From the NCBI GenBank assembly GCA_964057225.1, contig OZ059899.1:8618001-8682000 (forward strand): a stretch of 64,000 bases of DNA. The letters are read 5' to 3'. Below the pieces are notes generated by a model. That model was not told the origin of the DNA, did not search any database, and worked only from the letters and a program-made list of their open reading frames with translations. Shown in pieces: positions 57,340 through 64,000 of the stretch. This DNA comes from Auanema rhodensis (taxonomy: Eukaryota; Animalia; Nematoda). Each line of letters opens with the position of its first letter. Within the stretch, counting starts at the first letter, position 1. The translations under genes were made by a program, and so were the position numbers.

Positions 57340-58509
57340 AATTGTTAATATATTGATTTGTTGTTAATCATGTAATTTATAAAAAATTTGATAGTAAATT
57401 ATAAATCTTTGTTAATCAAATATAAAAACAGAGCAAGCGACTTTGCGTTCAGTAGTTCGATTTAAATGTTTATAACGTTTGAGTTCCGTAGAGCTAAAAA
57501 GGTTTACATGTATTCTTTACTAGGAATGCACTATTAGACGTACTCAATCGTTTTCAGAAGTTTGATAGACATTTCTAAACTAAGTTTTATTCGATAATTC
57601 TGCTTTTTATCTAGTCCCTTTGTTATAAGAAATTATAATATGACTTTTATGGTTGTTAACTCATAATTGATCCAAAAAGTTGATGCAGCTGCTACGACAA
57701 CTCGTTCCTTGGTCTTTAGTCACATATAAGATCCGAGCACAAAGTGCAAAATCGTGGCCAACCTCGTTATGGAACATGCTGCTTACTCTTCACCCCTTTC
57801 TACTTTATGTTTTCTATGTGAACGGCTAGTCGCTCGCTAGTTCCTCTTTGCCAGTCAGTGAGAAATGAAGAAAAAAAAAGGAAAGATAGAACGCGAGTGA
57901 GAGAACAACGTAAGAAGAAGAGAGAGATAGAGGAGTATATGTGAAGTGAGCAGAAAGCTGTGCTTCAACTGACGCAACCGTTCTGTTCGCTCTGCTCTCT
58001 ACCTCATCGTCGTTCGTCCTTTGATTGTCACAGGCCGGCACCAGGCAAGGGCCGAGTTTGTACTTGCAGAAAGTACATGCGCCAAACAGCGCCTCGGGCA
58101 ATTCTGGCAGATTTCATCGGCCAGAAACAGAGATAGAGAGGCGGAAAACAAATCAGAGCTGATATAGTGATAGGATGCACAAGAGGATTCATTTTTCGAT
58201 AAAGTTGCTCTGCTTATATTATTTAAAATGTTATTAATGCTTGCTATAATATATATGCAAGTGAGCATATGATGCTAATGACGAGTAGAAGTGAGTCTTT
58301 GATCTTGTTAAAATATAAACGAACAAGAACCTAATTCGACGAGGAATGATCACTTTCAAACGGATAATTACAAAAAGACGTGAAGACTCATTAAATAAGA
58401 AATGGAAGAAGATGGAGGAACAAGAAAAATAGTATTCCAAGACAGATTTAGTATGTTGGCTCATTTGTTTGAATAAATATCAAGTTTAATATTGAAAAAA
58501 TGTGGCACA

Positions 58510-58990
58510 AAAGAGCTTAATAAACTCAATTAATTGAAGTTCGGTGGTTCCTCTTATGATGTTCTCAGACATTCTCCCAATACTTTAAAAATCAATAAAC
58601 TTCAGCTCTTCATTCGTTCTCACTTTCTTCGTTGGTATAATTACATATTGTCTTTGAAGATTGAAATTTGCTGTGTTCATTGACGAAACAAACCAGCTTA
58701 TTCCAGTTTGTGTTACGAGATATGAAAACGTTCTTGGCTGTGCGAAATTATTCTTGACAATCCCTCGTATATTTTTTCTGTCACCTTCCTTGTGGTTTGA
58801 ACGAACCATGATTAGAAATAGTCTGGTGTCCTTGAAATATAGTGCCGAAGACCTGTGCGACAGCATCACTCGAACGTTTAAAAGAGAGAAAAAACATGTG
58901 TATTCATCAATGTTCGACCTAGCTCCTGAACATGATACTGATTCCATTTAGTATGCTCTATGTTTCCCTAAATGGAAGTGCTGCTTCTCA
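58510..58990 (-). mobile_element. Possible decayed Tc1/mariner (DD37D/maT-like) transposase relic
   Basis: Minus-strand translation ...SALYFKD...NHKEGDRK...NTANFNLQRQYV...TKKVRTNEELK/FLKYWENV/ENIIRG resembles the C-terminal SPDLNP...EELK...W...IIR pattern. Catalytic residues are not recognisable. Confidence 0.3.
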
Positions 58991-60722
58991 TCGCGTTTTC
59001 GTTCGTCACCATCGGAACTCATGAACACCAAGAGCTTTTGTTTGCTATCATCAAAGGTAGCACACACACACACACACACACATAGACCCAGCACTATCCA
59101 TATTTCCTGCTTGTTAAATGTGGACGAGCGAAAACGTTCGAAAATTTTAATCTCCAGCTATAGGATAGAAATGAAAAAGCTAAAGCAGAATGAAGAGAAA
59201 TAAAGAATCGAAAAGACTAGAGAGACCAGGAACATAAGAGAGTTCCTGGATAGATCATTATAAATGGGGAGAGCGAGGAAAAAAGCGACGTTTGCACTTT
59301 AAGCGGTTGATGGAATGGGCGATGAGATCCCGCTGCACACAATAGGCATCGACTCCTTTCTCTTTCTCTCTACCTCTTTGCATTCTCTCTTCTTTTTTGC
59401 ATTTTTTGTCTGAGGTGGTGGATGAAAGTAGAGACAAAATGTGTTCTTTTCTAAAATCCTTCAAAAACTATGCCAGGAACATAAGTATAACATAGTACGT
59501 AAAATTATGAACAGAATGTCTTTTTTTAATTATATATATAGTATAGTATAAATACTTATGACATGAAATAGTTTTAGAATTAAGTTATTTTTATTTCTTT
59601 TTATATTTTAGTATTCCAAAACAAAAGAAGAAAAACAAGAAAAGTTTCTTCAAAAAACTGTGTTTTTTTTTGTGGTAGAAGTGATTAAGAGAATAAGAGA
59701 TGTGATGAAACGAAGAGGAAAAGAGAAATAGAGAAGGGAGAGACATGCTTGTCCTTTCATTCTACAATCTAACCTGTGTTACTCATATGATAGAGTACAT
59801 AACCTTTGTTAGATGTATAACAGATCTAGAACTGAAGAGAATTTCTGGAAAAAAGGTTTGTCATACTACATGAAGTGCACAGTAAAATAATTTTTTGATT
59901 AAATCGATTCACCGTGATATTGATTGTTTGTATCCTTATAAAGTAAAATAGTGGAAAATGAAGAAATTTATCAAAAGATGTTATTCTATTATAAGATCAT
60001 GTTTTATTTCTTCTCTCCACGTTCGTAGATCTTTACTGAATCTGCTCTATATTGCTTTAAAAACTCAAAAATTATAGCAAAAAATGTAAGAAAAGAAGCG
60101 AAAAAATAGTTTTTTTTAAATACAATTAATCATAGCTTTCTTCATTTCGGTATTTAGAGACAGATCCCTGTAAGACCTACTTTCTAAACGATCTACTTTC
60201 ATTCTTAAGCGAGGAAAATCTTTCATTTTACGTTGTTCCTTTTTTGGTTATATTCCATTTGTTCCGATTTAGTAATCTCTTTCATATATTATTTCTATTA
60301 TTTTTTATAAGAAACTAATCGATAAAGCAATATAAAAGTTTCATGCAATTGTCAAAATAGAATTGGTTTAATGAACAACGCCTTTTCTGTTTCAAAAATC
60401 TTTACACATCCTCAATGCGCTATTTCATCTTCAATTTCTACTTGTTAAATCTTGTTCTTTCGAGTTACAATCCATTTTTAGGTTTTAGACCAACATCGAC
60501 CATTTTCTGTTCATCTGCTCGTTTGACCAATATGCACTTTCTATGTATTGCTTTCTCCATTACTCTATATCTCTTCATTTCATTTCTTTTTCTTTTTTTC
60601 TCTGTTCAGCAATTTAGACTCTCTCTCTTCTTCTTTCTCTCTCTCTCTCTTACTCTCACACACACGCACACACTCTCATGCACCTTCCCTCCTTTTATCT
60701 TCTAAGGTTTTCTAATTCTTTG

Positions 60723-60762
<40 letters not shown>

Positions 60763-62119
60763 CTGTGTTCATATAGATCAATGATATTTTTATAAAACAT
60801 CAAACGGAATATTCTTTTCAGGTTGATAACTTATTCTTCTTTTTTTATTTCTTTAACCTATTCAGCAATCTTCACATTTCTATATCTTTAAAAGCCTTCT
60901 TAGAACTTTTACTCTTTCTCTCTCGTTCTTTTATTTCTTTATCACTCTCCTTTATTTCCTTTTTCTTTCTTGTTCTTGTTCTTCTATGTTTAGTTCATAT
61001 AATCTAATATAACTCCTACCTTTCCTAATATTTCCCTTCATATGCTCAATTTTCTCTATTCGTGTCTTCATCACTTTTTTTCACTTTGTTTCTTCATATA
61101 CTCGTTCTCTTCATCGTCCGAACATAGCCAGGCTTGCCGTTCTTAGGCGAACTTTTCTGCATGTACGCTCTCTCGTATCTGAGCGCTGCCTTGTTAGCGC
61201 CCCTGGGGTACCAGGCACTTCCAACGAAAGGGCATTCTTAGTGCAAGTCGCTCTACGCGATCCCTTTATTTTTCTTTTTTCTGTTAACCCATCTCTACAC
61301 GCTCTGAGAAGTACCTTGGACTAACGGAACCCAAATTCGACCTCTATGTGACCCTTTTCCATTATTCTATTAAAGTTTTTAATCCTTTGAATATGCTTCT
61401 ACTTCTTAGTTTTTTTTCTTATATATATATATACATATATAGTACTGTGTTCTTCTAACATTGTCCTTGTTTCCTTGAAACATTTCTTAAACTATTCTAT
61501 ATGTACACTTCATGTGTCTTCTAACATTTTTGATCTTTTTTTGGACGGGTTTTATGTTGTTCGTCAAGCTTCAGCTTGCTCATTCGGGTATCATCAACAG
61601 TCTTATCTTACTTGAATTCCCCATCATCTATTGACACACTATGAGGAAGGCAGCTCGTACACTGTCGACGTCGTCGTTGTCGCAGTTGCACTTCATTCAT
61701 TCGGCATTTCTTGATTCACTGTCTTTACCTCTTGTATTTCTCTAAATTCTGGAAATAAGTAGGATTTATTCTCCATTATTATTATTATTTATGAAACATA
61801 ATAAGATTTTAACTTTATTTTGAGATATATGTTATATTTACTTTTCCTCTTGGTAGCTGATATTTTATATCAGTTCTTTCCTTTTTAAAATGTTCATTGA
61901 TCCAGTATGTTCGTCAATTCGCTCCGTACGAATGTATGTATGTGAGAGAACGTTGACATTCTTTCTCAAATATAGAGTTCACTTTCTGCCGAATATATTT
62001 ACAAATGAAATAAAATTTATAAAATTAATCATAATTTTCAGTAATTGAAATATTTTTATAATTCGGATTTAGACTTTTTGACCTTTACTCGTTGATTTAC
62101 ATATACAGTTGACTTTTAG

Positions 62120-62200
62120 GGGAATAGGGGCGTGGCCAGTTGAAAGAGGTTCGTCGTTTATTGGCTATTGCGGCGATGGCTGACCAATAGCCGGCCCTGC
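62120..62200. promoter_or_regulatory. Orphan GC-box + double CCAAT element
   Basis: GGGGCGTGGCCA at 62127-62138, ATTGG at 62160 and CCAAT at 62184, with inverted repeat GGCTATTG/CAATAGCC. Confidence 0.45.
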
Positions 62201-63429
62201 TTCCATCTGGCTTATTCAAGACCTTTCCAGCTGTAGTTCAGTGTTCCTCTCAACACTAATGCTACTAACGTCATACACGTATATAAGCTAGTAGATTCTA
62301 CTCTTCCTCCTCCTCTTCTAGAGATGAACGGTTGATATGTCACCCTTTTGGAATTATCTTATTCGATTTCCTTTTTTTTCGAAAGTGAACACAAGTGCGG
62401 AAAGATTTGCAACTAATGTGTCTCATAAGATGTTATAAAATTCTAAGTTTATAGTCTTACAACCAATTACTTGATGCATAGTTTAAAACAGCAAGAAACT
62501 TGAATTCTTGCTTCATTTCATAATTATAATAATTTCCATAACTTAATCAAAAATATTAGTTCAACTTTCTCAAGCAGCTTGTTGGTTTTGTGATACTTTT
62601 TGAAATGCTTTGAATGTTGCTAGCTGTTCAATTTCGTTTCTATGCTACCGAAATTTCACTCTTCCGTTCTCGTAAAGTTTCTCAAATTTCACAAATTGTT
62701 AAAACGTTTATAGAGGTGAGCACGATATAGGTCTACCGTATACTTATAGCCTTTTTTTTGGCTTTTCTATCATCAACATAACGGAAATGAATAATAAGGT
62801 ATAAGAACCAGTATTAAATCTTATATCTATATATGCTTTCATGCCTATAACTAATCTCACTTGTTATCTTGATTCATTTCTCTTATTTTTATTTGATACT
62901 CGAAGATCAAACATTTGCTACAAGTTAATTAGTTATCCAATGTCTTTTGAAGTTCAAAATTGAAAGTTCAATAGTATATCGCTGATCATTAGCTTACAGG
63001 AACTACCCAATTAAACTCACCAAAAAAAACATTGAAATGAAAAAAAATAGTTACGGAACCTACATAAAGAATGATCGCGAACGGCAAAACGTTTTCTTTC
63101 ATTACAACAAGGGGGGGGGGTGTTGAATGCGCTTCACCATTCGATAAGCTGTTCTTTTGATGGCATTGTGGATTAGTTGTAATCATTCAGATGTTTGAGT
63201 TCTTTGAATATTCATCTTTATTCTAGATAATTGCTAATCATTGTATTGTACATTGATATATTCTCTTAGTCACTTTCTTTCACTCTTTTGAATTTTTAGT
63301 GGTTTTTTTAAAGTTTCATTTGATTTAATTTGTATGTTGCGACTAGTTTTTTTGAACTGTAGCATTCAATGCTGCTCACTGGTTCATAAGGCTTCAGCTT
63401 CCATACATTTGGGCTCTCTGGATCCCGTT

Positions 63430-63900
63430 AGTTTGGCCTGCCAGAATGCATTACCGTAATCCCTCCCCCAGCAGCTTGAGCTATTTCTGAGCGCGCTCTC
63501 TGTCTATTCTTCAACGAACACCACTCAGTTTTCCTTAGATGGAGATTTTTTTTCTGCAGCTTATGAGAGCATATATTCTTATCCAAAAAGCTATTTGAAT
63601 GATTAATCGGTTCAAATTTCTTAATAAACTGAAAATAAAATAGCTGCGAAGTCCAACAGGATGACAAAGATATTCTGCTTCTCAGCCAGGATAATTCGTT
63701 ACGGCATATATTTGATGTCTTCCAGGAAGATTTCAGTTCATTGTCCAAATCAAAATCCGAATTTGAATCCGTAAAACAAAAAAGGGATTTCACCATTTGA
63801 AGCAAAAGTTGCTAAAATTATTTTGTATAGAAGAGCTCGAACGCACGATTTTTCGTTTTTTTATCTTGAAGTACAATAGAAAACGTTTTTTTTCTGATGA
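63430..63900 (+). mobile_element. Degenerate Tc1-family (DD34E) transposase catalytic-domain relic
   Basis: A*AISERAL (cf. WGAISARG), LLSQDNSLRH at ~63678-63707 (cf. FQQDNAPKH), CPNQNPNLNP*N at 63742-63777 (cf. WPSQSPDLNPIEN), then HLKQKL...IEELERTIF. Contains stops and frameshifts. Confidence 0.55.
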
Positions 63901-64000
63901 AAATCTCCATTTTGTCGACAAACATTGGATAGAACGAGAAAGAGCTGTTTTTTTGCCGCATCGCCTCGGGCTTCAGAACACCAAAATTAGAAATTGAGAG

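Overview
AT-rich eukaryotic genomic DNA with many ~45-55 nt GT-AG introns and TTT(T/C)AG acceptors, typical of a rhabditid (clade V-like) nematode; the species cannot be identified from the sequence. I assembled 15 protein-coding genes by hand-splicing. In order: the 3' part of an unknown proprotein-like gene, moma-1/MIC26-27, ZNHIT1, a neprilysin-fold protein that has lost its zinc-binding motifs, a putatively acylated divergent globin, the cuticle collagen dpy-7, an odd-skipped zinc-finger gene behind a ~14.7 kb gene desert, GK5-like glycerol kinase, dnj-7/DNAJC3, beta-catenin bar-1, WDR5, a PAP2 lipid phosphatase, SLU7, DDX47/RRP3 and SUPT3H. Three clusters have operon-like (SL2 trans-splicing) geometry: ZNHIT1>moma-1, SLU7>PAP2>WDR5 and DDX47>SUPT3H; the last two share a bidirectional GC-box/YY1-like promoter. 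The most notable signals are the pseudo-neprilysin with an alternative cytoplasmic tail, the globin with an atypical heme pocket, a cluster of Odd/Osr-type sites upstream of the odd gene (possible autoregulation), a recurring GC-box plus CCAAT grammar, and scattered decayed Tc1/mariner fossils. Coordinates of spliced genes are first to last coding base, read manually. Orthology calls come from recalled family motifs, not database searches.
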